A DNA stretch of 63,954 nt, counting the filler, from Candidatus Eiseniibacteriota bacterium (GTDB lineage: Bacteria > Orphanbacterota > Orphanbacteria > Orphanbacterales > Orphanbacteraceae): NCBI GenBank assembly GCA_043809585.1. It is 5 parts of 5 records of this genome, joined end to end, with 100 filler letters (N's around TTAATTAATTAA, not from the genome) between each part and the next. Parts side by side here need not be neighbours in the genome. Positions count along the whole stretch, not along the records: positions 38,095 to 52,072 come from JBDROZ010000047.1; positions 52,173 to 61,385 come from JBDROZ010000054.1; 3 more parts are not named here. The stretch is one strand, 5' to 3'. Position numbers and translations under genes: made by a program. Below the pieces are notes generated by a model. The model was not told the origin of the DNA. It saw only the letters and a list, made by a program, of their open reading frames with translations, and searched no databases. Of this stretch, positions 52,017 through 61,485 are shown one piece after another (position 1 is the first letter of the stretch; every line of letters begins with the position of its first letter).

Positions 52017-52072
52017 ATGCGACTGCCCCGAGAAATATTCCGAGACCAGCGGGCCCTCGAGCGGGTGGGGGC
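52017..52072 (+). CDS. Start of next operon gene (probably ActF), truncated
   Basis: ATG 12 nt after actE with RBS-like GAGG; identity inferred from gene order only. Confidence 0.4.
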
Positions 52073-52172
52073 NNNNNNNNNNNNNNNNNNNNNNNNNNNN
52101 NNNNNNNNNNNNNNNNTTAATTAATTAANNNNNNNNNNNNNNNNNNNNNNNNNNNNNNNNNNNNNNNNNNNN

Positions 52173-52313
52173 GTCGATTTCGGCAGATCATCGCGATTCC
52201 TGGCGAGGTGCGATGACGACGGCGTACCAATAGGTACATCGAGGAAGAGCAACGAAGCCAGGGACCGTGAGGGGCGGCGAAACTGGTGACGAACTTCTAA
52301 TTCGGGACACTAG
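52173..52313. mobile_element. End of repeated mobile element family C, copy 2
   Basis: Identical to 38095-38235. Confidence 0.8.
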
Positions 52314-52320
52314 TACGGAT

Positions 52321-53319
52321 CTACGGCATGACCCGGTAGGTGGTGAGAGCCTTCATGTACTGGGCCCGCTCGAACGCCGCCGGATCGGCCACGCTCTTCT
52401 GGCTCATGCTCCCCCGCATCTGCTCCACCGAATCGTACTCGTTCTCCTCCATCCAGGCCCGGACACCCTTCTCGAGGTCGCCGAGATAGCCGATGCCCCT
52501 TTTCAACAGGGCCGAGACCACCATGGTCGCGTTCGATCCGACCATGAGCATTTTGATCACGTCGTCGGGTGTGTGAATGCCGCCCGTCGCCGCGAGGTCC
52601 GCCTTCACCTGTCCGCGCAGGATCGCGATCCATCGGAGGGGGAGACGCATCGCCTGCGGCGTGCTGAGGAGGACGCTACTCACCACCTCGAGCCGCTCCA
52701 GATCGATGTCCGGCTGGTAGAAGCGGTTGAAGAGAACGAGACCGTCGGCGCCCGCCTCGTCGAGACGGCGGGCCGTGTGGGCCATGTTGCTGAAGAACGG
52801 TCCGAGCTTCATCGCCACGGGGATCTTCACCGCTCCCTTTACGGCCTTCAGGATGTCGATGTACGTCGCCTCCACCTGATCGCCCGACACGGTCGGGTCG
52901 GTCGGAATGAAGTAGACGTTCAGCTCGAGCGCGTCGGCGCCCGCCTCTTCGATCTTCTTGGCGTATCCCGTCCAGCCGCCGACGCTCGTGCCGTTCAGGC
53001 TTCCTATGACGGGAATGCCCACCGCCGCCTTCGCCTCGCGGATGCGGTCGAGGTAGACATCGGGCGCGAGCCGGTACTCCTCGGGCTCGGGAAAGTAGGA
53101 GAGCGCCTCGGCGAAGCTCTCGGTCCCCGCCGTGGTGTGATAATGCAGGTCGAGGCTCTCCTGGCGTATCTGTTCCTCGAAGAGAGAGTGGAAGACCACG
53201 GCTGCGGCCCCCGCGTCCTCCATCCTCTTGATGTTGTCCGTTTCCTCCGCGAGGGGGGACGCGCCGACCATGATGGGGCTCTTCAGCTCCAGTCCCAGGT
53301 ATCGAGTCTTGAGGTCCAT
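52321..53319 (-). CDS. Dihydroorotate dehydrogenase-like FMN protein
   Basis: MDL.T.YLGL.LK.P, SLFEEQI, PVIGSLN, ELN, K..PFFS, LFNRFYQPD, TGG. Confidence 0.9.
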   Translation of the reverse strand: MDLKTRYLGLELKSPIMVGASPLAEETDNIKRMEDAGAAAVVFHSLFEEQIRQESLDLHYHTTAGTESFAEALSYFPEPEEYRLAPDVYLDRIREAKAAVGIPVIGSLNGTSVGGWTGYAKKIEEAGADALELNVYFIPTDPTVSGDQVEATYIDILKAVKGAVKIPVAMKLGPFFSNMAHTARRLDEAGADGLVLFNRFYQPDIDLERLEVVSSVLLSTPQAMRLPLRWIAILRGQVKADLAATGGIHTPDDVIKMLMVGSNATMVVSALLKRGIGYLGDLEKGVRAWMEENEYDSVEQMRGSMSQKSVADPAAFERAQYMKALTTYRVMP

Positions 53320-53420
53320 GTCCTCTTTCACTCCAATCGCCGGCGGTGCCGGCTCCTTCGAAAACCCGAAGGGAACGGGGCGCTCCGGGATGAACCGGAG
53401 GGGCGCCCGGCCCCGGTCTC

Positions 53421-56400
53421 CTACTTCCCGCTTTCGCCGTTCCCGAACTCCCGGCCGGCGAGGTAGCTGTAGTACGCCCACCGGGTGTTCACGTCCTGTT
53501 GGGCGGCCGCGAGCAGGCGCTTCGCCTCCTCCGGCTTGCTCTTCGTGAGCATCCGGAAGCGGTTCTCCATGTACATGTAATCCTTGACCGGAATCTTCGG
53601 AGCCCGCGAGTCGAGCTGGAGCGGGTTCTCGCCCTTCTCGGCGCGGCGCGGGTCGTACCGGTAGAGGGGCCACGTGCCCGACTCGACGGCCGCCTTTTGG
53701 TTGCCCATCGCCGTGCCCATGTCGATACCGTGGGCGATGCAGTGGCTGTAGGCGATGATGAGGGACGTCCCCTCGTACGACTCGGCCTCGAGGAACGTCC
53801 GGAGCGTGTGCTCGTCCCGGGCGCCCATGGCGACCCGCGAAACGTACACGTTGCCGTAGGGTATCGCCATCATGCCGAGGTCCTTCTTCGCCGCGGGCTT
53901 CCCGCCGGCGGCGAACTTGGCCACCGCGCCCCGGGGGGTCGCTTTCGACGCCTGGCCCCCCGTGTTCGAATAAACCTCGGTGTCGAGGACGAGGATGTTC
54001 ACGTCCCGGCCGAGGGAAAAGACGTGGTCGAGGCCGCCGTAGCCGATGTCGTACGCCCAGCCGTCCCCGCCGATGATCCAGACGCTCTTCTTGACGAGAT
54101 AGTCGGCGATCGGACGGAGGAGCATTGCCTCGGGATCGTCCATCCCCGCGATCTTCTTCTTCAGCTCCTCGACGCGCTTCCGCTGCTCGTAGATCTCCGC
54201 CTCGTCCGACTGCGCGGCGCCGAGGATGCCCCCGGCGAGGTTCTCGCCGATCTTCCCGGCGAGCCGCGCGACGAGGTCCGCCGCCATCTCCTTCTGCTTG
54301 TCGATGGCGAGACGGAAGCCGAGCCCGAATTCGCCGTTGTCCTCGAAGAGGGAGTTCGACCAGGCGGGTCCGCGCCCTTCCCCGTTTTGGGCCCACGGCG
54401 TGGTGGGAAGGTTGCCCCCGTAGATCGACGAGCATCCCGTGGCGTTGGCGATGATCGCCCGGTCCCCGAAGAGCTGGGACATCAGCTTGAGATACGGGGT
54501 CTCACCGCAGCCGGCGCAGGCGCCGCTGAACTCGAAGAGGGGCCGCTGAACCTGCTGCTGCCGGATCTGCGTCACCTTGATGCCGGTCCGGTCCATCTCC
54601 GGTATGCCGAGGAAGAAATCCCAGTTCTCCCGTTCCGGCTCCCGGAGGGGCGGCTGGGCTTCCATGTTGATCGCCTTCCGGCGGACCTCCTTCTTGTCCT
54701 TCGCGGGGCATACGTCGACGCAGAGGCCGCACCCCGTGCAGTCCTCCGGGGCGACCTGGATGGTGTACTTCATCCCGGCCCACGCCTTGTCCTTCGCGTC
54801 CGTCGACTTGAACGTCGCCGGCGCGTCCTTCAGGAGCTTCCCGTCGTACGCCTTCACCCGGATCGTGGCGTGGGGGCAGACCAAGGCGCACTTGCCGCAC
54901 TGGATGCAGACCTCCGTGTCCCACACCGGGATCTCGAGGGCGATGTTCCGCTTGTCCCACTGAGACGTGCCGGAGGGGTAGGTGCCGTCGGCGGGAAGCA
55001 GGCCGACGGGGAGGTCGTTCCCCCGGCCCGCGATGATTTCGGCGGTGACCGACCGCACGAATTCGGGGGCGCGGTCCGGAACGACGGGGGGCATCTCGAT
55101 GGTGCTCGTCGCCTTCTCCGGGACCTTCACCTCGTGGAGGTTCGCGATCGTGTCGTCCACGGCCTGGAAGTTCATCCTCACCACTTCCTCGCCCTTGGAG
55201 CCGTAGGTCTTCTTGATCGCGTCCTTGATCGCCCCGATCGCTTCGTCCCGCGGGAGGACGCCGCTGATGGCGAAGAAGCAGACCTGCATCACCGTGTTGA
55301 TGAGCCCACCCATCCCGCTTTCCTTCGCCACCTCGTAGGCGTCGATGACGTAGAACTTCGCCTTCTTGGCGATCAGGTCCTCCTGCACCTTGCGGGGCAG
55401 GTGGTCCCAAACCTCGTCCCGGGGCAACTGGCTGTTCAGCAGGAACGTACCACCCGGAACGAGGTCTTTCAGCATGTCATACTTCTCGAGGAAGAACGGC
55501 TGGTGGCAGCCGATGAAGGAGGCCTTGCACACGAGGTACGTCGAGCGGATCGGATCGGGACCGAACCGGAGGTGGGAGACGGTCACGGCGCCCGCTTTCT
55601 TCGAGTCGTAGACGAAATAGCCCTGGGCGTAGAAGTCCGTCCCCTCGCCGATGATCTTGATCGAGTTCTTGTTCGCCCCCACGGTTCCGTCCGAGCCGAG
55701 CCCGTAGAACATGGCGCGAACGACCTTCTCGCCCTCCGTGGAGTAGTCGGGGTCGAAGTCGAGGCTCGTCCCCGAAAGGTCGTCCATGATGCCGATGGTG
55801 AAGTGGTTCTTCGGCTTCGACGCGGCGAGGTTGTCGAAAACCCCCTTCACCATGGCGGGGGTGAACTCCTTCGACGAGAGGCCGTAGCGGCCGCCGATCA
55901 CCTTCGGCATCGCCTTCAGGGCGCCCCAGCCTTCCTGAATGCCTTCGTGAAGGGCGTGGACCACGTCGAGGTAGAGGGGTTCGCCGGCGCTCCCCGGCTC
56001 CTTGCACCGGTCGAGAACGGCGATCGATTTCACGGACGCCGGAAGGGCTTCCATGAAGCGTTTCACGTCGAAGGGCCGGTAGAGGCGCACCTTGAGCACG
56101 CCGACCCCCTCGCCGGCCCGGTTCATGTGCTCCACCGTTTCGTGGGCCGTTTCGGCGCCGGAGCCCATGATCACCACGATCCGCTCGGCGTCGGGGGCCC
56201 CCTCGTAGTCGAAGACGCGATAGCGGCGGCCGACGACCTCGGCGAAACGGTCCATCACCTTCTGGACGTGGTCGACGCACCTCGCGTAGTACGGGTTGAT
56301 CGACTCCCGGGCCTGGAAGAAGACGTCCGGATTCTGGGCGGTGCCGCGGATCACGGGTCGGTCGGGCGTGAGCGCCCGGGCCCGGTGCTCGAGCACTTTG

Positions 56401-57050
56401 TCGTAAGGGACCATCGTCCGCATCTGGTCGTCCGAGATCGTTTCGATCTTCTGCACTTCGTGGGAGGTGCGAAAACCGTCGAAGAAGTGCAGGAAGGGGA
56501 TCCGCGACTCGAGGGATGCGACGGTCGAGATGAGGGCGAAGTCCATCGCCTCTTGGACGCCGGAGGAGGGGAGCATCGCGAAGCCCGTGGCCCGGGCGGC
56601 CATCACGTCGCTGTGATCGCCGAAGATCGACAGCGCCTGGGCGGCGAGAGAGCGGGCGGCCACGTGGAACGCCGTCGAGGTCAGTTCGCCGGCGATCTTG
56701 TACATGTTCGGGATCTTCAGAAGCAGGCCCTGGGATGCGGTGAAGGTGGTCGTGAGGCATCCCGCCTGGAGGGATCCGTGCCAGGCGCCGGCGGCCCCCC
56801 CCTCGCTCTGCATCTCCACCACCTCGGGGACGATTCCCCAGATGTTCTTCGCACCTTCCGACGCCCATTGGTCGGCCCACTCACCCATGTTCGACGCCGG
56901 TGTGATCGGGTAGATCGCGACGACTTCGTTGATCCGGTAAGCCACGTAGGCGACGGCCTCGTTGCCGTCGACCGTGATGGGCGTCCCTTTCGTGGTTCTC
57001 GCTTCGGCGACCTCGGCGCCGCCGGCCGATTTCGGGACGTACCTAGCCAA
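53421..57050 (-). CDS. nifJ: Pyruvate:ferredoxin/flavodoxin oxidoreductase
   Basis: YPITPAS, MQSEGGAAG, GSDGTVGANK, two ferredoxin motifs, GAC.GCGETPY, GGDGWAYDIG. Confidence 0.98.
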   Translation of the reverse strand: MARYVPKSAGGAEVAEARTTKGTPITVDGNEAVAYVAYRINEVVAIYPITPASNMGEWADQWASEGAKNIWGIVPEVVEMQSEGGAAGAWHGSLQAGCLTTTFTASQGLLLKIPNMYKIAGELTSTAFHVAARSLAAQALSIFGDHSDVMAARATGFAMLPSSGVQEAMDFALISTVASLESRIPFLHFFDGFRTSHEVQKIETISDDQMRTMVPYDKVLEHRARALTPDRPVIRGTAQNPDVFFQARESINPYYARCVDHVQKVMDRFAEVVGRRYRVFDYEGAPDAERIVVIMGSGAETAHETVEHMNRAGEGVGVLKVRLYRPFDVKRFMEALPASVKSIAVLDRCKEPGSAGEPLYLDVVHALHEGIQEGWGALKAMPKVIGGRYGLSSKEFTPAMVKGVFDNLAASKPKNHFTIGIMDDLSGTSLDFDPDYSTEGEKVVRAMFYGLGSDGTVGANKNSIKIIGEGTDFYAQGYFVYDSKKAGAVTVSHLRFGPDPIRSTYLVCKASFIGCHQPFFLEKYDMLKDLVPGGTFLLNSQLPRDEVWDHLPRKVQEDLIAKKAKFYVIDAYEVAKESGMGGLINTVMQVCFFAISGVLPRDEAIGAIKDAIKKTYGSKGEEVVRMNFQAVDDTIANLHEVKVPEKATSTIEMPPVVPDRAPEFVRSVTAEIIAGRGNDLPVGLLPADGTYPSGTSQWDKRNIALEIPVWDTEVCIQCGKCALVCPHATIRVKAYDGKLLKDAPATFKSTDAKDKAWAGMKYTIQVAPEDCTGCGLCVDVCPAKDKKEVRRKAINMEAQPPLREPERENWDFFLGIPEMDRTGIKVTQIRQQQVQRPLFEFSGACAGCGETPYLKLMSQLFGDRAIIANATGCSSIYGGNLPTTPWAQNGEGRGPAWSNSLFEDNGEFGLGFRLAIDKQKEMAADLVARLAGKIGENLAGGILGAAQSDEAEIYEQRKRVEELKKKIAGMDDPEAMLLRPIADYLVKKSVWIIGGDGWAYDIGYGGLDHVFSLGRDVNILVLDTEVYSNTGGQASKATPRGAVAKFAAGGKPAAKKDLGMMAIPYGNVYVSRVAMGARDEHTLRTFLEAESYEGTSLIIAYSHCIAHGIDMGTAMGNQKAAVESGTWPLYRYDPRRAEKGENPLQLDSRAPKIPVKDYMYMENRFRMLTKSKPEEAKRLLAAAQQDVNTRWAYYSYLAGREFGNGESGK

Positions 57051-57337
57051 TGCCTGCCCCCCCTCTCAGGGCGCCCCGCCCTGACCCCCCCTGCCGAGGG
57101 TATTTGCCCCTTGGGAAGAAGTGAAACCTCGTGGTTACAAACGGATTCCTATTCTATTCCCATGGGCCATGAAGGGCAAGGGATTCTCCGGACACGCCGT
57201 CATTAGGACTCCTAATCCCCCATTGATCGATAGGAATTGGCGTTCCGGGAGGCACGGTCCTGAGGGGAACCGGGGCGTCCGGCGGGCCGTACTCTTTCCG
57301 AGAGCGTCCCTTCCGGCGTTGTGGTAGGAGTCGGAGC

Positions 57338-57871
57338 ATGGCTGAGTTCGGACAGACGGTCCTTCACGTGGTCGCCCTCATCGGGCTCGACGCCGTGCTG
57401 CTCGCGGGGCTGATCTTGATCCCCCTCGGGCTCTCGGGCAACTTCGTCATCCTTGGTGCGGGACTCGCGGCGGCCCTGATCACGGGGTTCTCCACGGTGG
57501 GATGGATCGGCCTCGCCGTCATGGCCGCCCTCGTCGCGGTCGGTGAGATCCTAGAAGCCCTGCTCGGCTCGGTGATGGCGCGCAGGTACGGCGCCTCCAA
57601 GTACGGCATGATCGGGGCGTTCGCGGGCGGTCTCCTCGGAGCGATACTGGGCACTCCGGTGATGCCGGTGATCGGGACCGTGATCGGCTCCTTCCTCGGG
57701 ACCGCCCTCGGAGCGCTTGCCGGGGAGCTCCTCCGGGGGGCGCGAAGCGACGAGGGGACCCGGGCGGGGGTGGGGGCCCTGATCGGGCGGGTTCTCGCGT
57801 CGGCGATCAAACTCGCCATCGGCGCCGGCATGGTCGTCTACATCGTGATTCGCACCCACGGAGGCGCCTGA
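57338..57871 (+). CDS. DUF456-like membrane protein
   Basis: Hydrophobic; A.RYGAS..G..GA..G glycine-zipper pattern. Confidence 0.8.
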   Translation: MAEFGQTVLHVVALIGLDAVLLAGLILIPLGLSGNFVILGAGLAAALITGFSTVGWIGLAVMAALVAVGEILEALLGSVMARRYGASKYGMIGAFAGGLLGAILGTPVMPVIGTVIGSFLGTALGALAGELLRGARSDEGTRAGVGALIGRVLASAIKLAIGAGMVVYIVIRTHGGA

Positions 57872-58108
57872 CCCGCCCTTCCGATGGCGGTGGGCGGGGC
57901 GCGGGGCATTCTCGCGCGGGGCCGCCCTCGCCCGGGGGGAGGGGGAAGACGACCCCGCCCCCGGATGCCGTACTCCCTCGGAACCATGCGGAACGCTTTC
58001 CCCTCTCTCTAGTTACCGGGCGCCGCGGCCGAAACTCCGACCGGAGGGGTGGGCCGACTCGAAGCGATGAACCCCTTCGCTCGTGGATTCGCGGATGAAT
58101 GGATTCGT

Positions 58109-60607
58109 ATGACCGGAAACCGGAGCGACTACGAGAGAGACGATCGGGGAGCGCCGCCCCACCGGGTCGGCGTCGGCCGGGACGTCGCCGAGTTCGGTCC
58201 CGCCGCCGAGGCGATCCGGTCGAGCGAGGAACTGTACCGGAACCTTTTCCAATCCATGACCGAAGGGGTCGCCCTTCACGAGCTGGTGAAGAACGGGGAG
58301 GGGAAGGTCGTCGATTACCGGATCCTCGAAGTGAACCCCGCCTACGAGAAGATCATCGGTTTGGAGCGGGACGATGTCGTCGGCCGCGTCGCTTCCGAGG
58401 TGTACGGGACCGGCGAAGCCCCCTACCTGGACGTCTATGAAAACGTCGTGAAGACCCGGGAGGGGTGCCGTTTCGAGACCTACTTCGAGCCCTATTCGAT
58501 CCATTTCGGAATATCGGTCTTTTCCCCCGCGCCCGGACGGTTCGCCACCGTGTTCGAGGACATCGGCGAGCAGAAACGCTCGCTCGAAAGTCTCGTCGAG
58601 GCGAACGCGAAGTTGGAGGCCGAGCGGGAGCGGGCGAACCGGATGGCCCGGGAAGCGGAGCAGGCGAGCGTCGCGAAGAGCGAGTTTCTGGCGAACATGA
58701 GCCACGAGATCCGCACGCCCTTGAACGGTGTGATCGGGATGGTCAACCTGCTTCTCCAGTCGGGCCTGACGCCGGAGCAGCAGGAGCTGGCGGAGACCGC
58801 CCGGCGGAGCGGGGACGTGCTTCTCTCCGTGATCACCGACATCCTCGATTTTTCCAAGGTCGAGGCGGGAAGGCTCGAGCTGGAGAGTACCGGATTCGAT
58901 CTGCGGGATGTCGTGGAGGACGCGGTCGACGTTCTCGCCCCCCGGGCCCACGAGAAGGGCATCGAAGTGGCGTGTCTCCTCGAAGGGAACGTGCCCACCC
59001 GGGTCATCGGGGACCCGGGACGGCTCCGGCAGATCATCCTCAACCTCGCCGGGAACGCCATCAAGTTCACCACCCGCGGCGAGGTTGTGGTGAGGGTCCG
59101 TCTGGACGAAGAGCGGGACGGGCGTGTGTCGCTTCGGTTCGGCGTCTCCGACACGGGAATCGGGATCCCCGAGCACATGATGGGCCGGATCTTCGAGCCC
59201 TTCTCTCAGGTCGACGCCTCGACCACGCGCAAGTACGGAGGCACGGGGCTCGGTCTGGTGATCTCGAAGCAGCTCTCGGAATTGATGGGCGGCAAGATCT
59301 GGGTGGAGAGCGAGGTCGGCAAGGGCTCGACTTTCTGGTTCACCGTGAATCTCGAGAGACAAGACGACCCGGCGAAGAGACCGAAAACCGTGCCGGACGA
59401 GATCTGCCGGAAGCGGATCCTGGTCGTGGACGACAACGCGATGAACCGCCTCGTGGTCCGGCAGCAACTCCGGGGGATCGGGTGCCGAGTGGAAGAGGCG
59501 TTCGACGGGCGCGCGGCGCTTCGGAAGCTGCGCCAGGCGGGGAAGGCCGGCGATCCCTTCGACGCGGCGATCATCGACATGCTCATGCCCGGGATGGACG
59601 GGGAGGAACTGGGCCGGCGGATCCGCCTGGAGCCGGAGCTCGGAGAGGTGATCCTGGTCCTCAGCACCTCGATGGGCAAGTACCGGAGCAAGCGGGAGGC
59701 GATGAGCGCGGGTTTCGCGGGCTTCCTCACGAAGCCGGTGAAGCGCGCCGCCCTCATCGACTGTCTCTCCCGGGTGTTCGGCCTGATTCCCGACTCGGAC
59801 ATGGACGAGACGGCCGTGGAAGAGCGATCCGCGCCCCGGGAGGGACCGCGCCTCCGCATCCTTCTCGCCGAGGACAATCAAGTGAACCAGATGGTCGCGG
59901 TGCGGCTCCTCGAAAAGCGGGGATTCCACGTGGATGTGGCGGGAAACGGCCGGGAGGCGGTAGATGTCCTTTCGAAATCGCCCTACGACGTGGTTCTCAT
60001 GGACGTGCAGATGCCGGAAATGGACGGGATGGAGGCGACCCGGACCATCCGGAACCCGGCGTCGCCGGTGCTCGATCACGGGATCCCGGTGATCGCCCTC
60101 ACGGCCCACGCCATGAAGGGAGACAGGGAGAGGTGTTTCGCCGCGGGAATGGACGACTACGCGTCAAAGCCGATCGTGCCGGAGGAGTTGATGAATGCGA
60201 TCGAGCGTCAATCGACGCGGACGGGACGGGTGGCGTCGGAGCGAGAGGCGGCGGCGACGGAAGCGGCCCGGGTGCTCTTCGATATGGCCCTTCTGATGGA
60301 CCGGCTCGGCGGCGACCGGCGTCTCGCGGACGAGGTGGTGGGCCTCTACCTGACGGACACGCCGGTCCGGATCACGCGCATGCGCGAGGCGATGGCGGCG
60401 AGGGATGCGGAAACGGTCGAACGGGAAGCGGAGACGGTGACGGGGGCGTCGGCGGACGTGGGGGCGGAGAAGGTGGGCGACGCGGCGTTCGACCTGCACC
60501 TGGCGGTTCGGGAGGGGGACCTCGGCGACGCGGAAGGGCTCCTCGCCCGGCTGGAGAGCGAGTTCGACGATTTCCGTTCCACCCTTTTCAGTCCCGGGCA
60601 GCGGTAG
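58109..60607 (+). CDS. Hybrid histidine kinase (PAS-HisKA-HATPase-REC-REC-Hpt-like)
   Basis: FLANMSHEIRTP, GNAIKFT, GGTGLGL, DMLMPGMDG, MDVQMPEMDG. Confidence 0.95.
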   Translation: MTGNRSDYERDDRGAPPHRVGVGRDVAEFGPAAEAIRSSEELYRNLFQSMTEGVALHELVKNGEGKVVDYRILEVNPAYEKIIGLERDDVVGRVASEVYGTGEAPYLDVYENVVKTREGCRFETYFEPYSIHFGISVFSPAPGRFATVFEDIGEQKRSLESLVEANAKLEAERERANRMAREAEQASVAKSEFLANMSHEIRTPLNGVIGMVNLLLQSGLTPEQQELAETARRSGDVLLSVITDILDFSKVEAGRLELESTGFDLRDVVEDAVDVLAPRAHEKGIEVACLLEGNVPTRVIGDPGRLRQIILNLAGNAIKFTTRGEVVVRVRLDEERDGRVSLRFGVSDTGIGIPEHMMGRIFEPFSQVDASTTRKYGGTGLGLVISKQLSELMGGKIWVESEVGKGSTFWFTVNLERQDDPAKRPKTVPDEICRKRILVVDDNAMNRLVVRQQLRGIGCRVEEAFDGRAALRKLRQAGKAGDPFDAAIIDMLMPGMDGEELGRRIRLEPELGEVILVLSTSMGKYRSKREAMSAGFAGFLTKPVKRAALIDCLSRVFGLIPDSDMDETAVEERSAPREGPRLRILLAEDNQVNQMVAVRLLEKRGFHVDVAGNGREAVDVLSKSPYDVVLMDVQMPEMDGMEATRTIRNPASPVLDHGIPVIALTAHAMKGDRERCFAAGMDDYASKPIVPEELMNAIERQSTRTGRVASEREAAATEAARVLFDMALLMDRLGGDRRLADEVVGLYLTDTPVRITRMREAMAARDAETVEREAETVTGASADVGAEKVGDAAFDLHLAVREGDLGDAEGLLARLESEFDDFRSTLFSPGQR

Positions 60608-60970
60608 AGTTCTTCATCCTACCTCGAGTGTCGCTTTGGAGTGAGCGGGGGACCGAGTCTACCCGAAGTCACCGCTTTGGAGTCAGCGGGGCGGAATGAG
60701 GGGGACATGAACTCGTTTCGTGTCCCCCGTCCTCCATCCCTGCCCCGTGCCCCAATTCTAACCAGATACCCTATTTCTACTCTTTTTCCCGGTGGGCGCG
60801 GCGCGAATGGACGTTTGGGAGCAATAGGGTATCGGGTTAGAAAACCCCGGGTTAGAAAACCCCAGGAGGAGAAACAGCCAGAATAGGGAGCCAGAATAGG
60901 GTATCTGGTTAGGAATTCGTTCAGGAATTCGTTTCGGAGTGAGCCCGAGCCTCCGGCCGGGCACGATCAT

Positions 60971-61144
60971 CGGCGGGCGGGGGGACCGGCTGAGGGAGGG
61001 ATAGAGGGGCAGACTTGAACGCTCGTCGCGCGGCGGGAGAGGACCCTCCCTTTCTCCGGGCTCGTAGAGGAGGCGTCGCGGAAGACGGCAACAACTCCCC
61101 GGTTATGCCCCCATCACTCCCGAAGCCGGACCCTCCGCCCGCCG
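60971..61144 (+). ncRNA. Candidate 174-nt structured RNA or hairpin element, copy 2
   Basis: Homolog of 20764-20937. Confidence 0.45.
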
Positions 61145-61274
61145 TATCCGGAAGGGTATTACACACGACTACAATCACCCCGGGGTTCAGAGGAAGGGCC
61201 CAACGGAGCCATCAGCCTCGCGACAAGCGGAAAGACCTGCTGATAGTTCCCCGTTCTCTCGCTACTGTTTCCCC

Positions 61275-61385
61275 ATGATCCTCATCCTTCTCCTCCTTTT
61301 CATTGCGTCCGCCCCTGCTTTCTCCGAGGAACCGCCCGTCGAGGACCGGGGGTGGCTCGGCATCTACACGGAGCCGGTCGACTCG
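61275..61385 (+). CDS. Secreted protein N-terminus, possibly PDZ domain, truncated
   Basis: MILILLLLFIASAPAFS-EEPPVEDRGWLGI signal peptide plus GWLGI. Confidence 0.55.
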
Positions 61386-61485
61386 NNNNNNNNNNNNNNN
61401 NNNNNNNNNNNNNNNNNNNNNNNNNNNNNTTAATTAATTAANNNNNNNNNNNNNNNNNNNNNNNNNNNNNNNNNNNNNNNNNNNN

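Noticed and set aside
53499-57206. Very long antisense ORFs (also 46282-49524, 15597-18185, 23690-25693, 58013-60109)
   Set aside because: Shadows of real genes caused by high GC3 codon bias; no motifs
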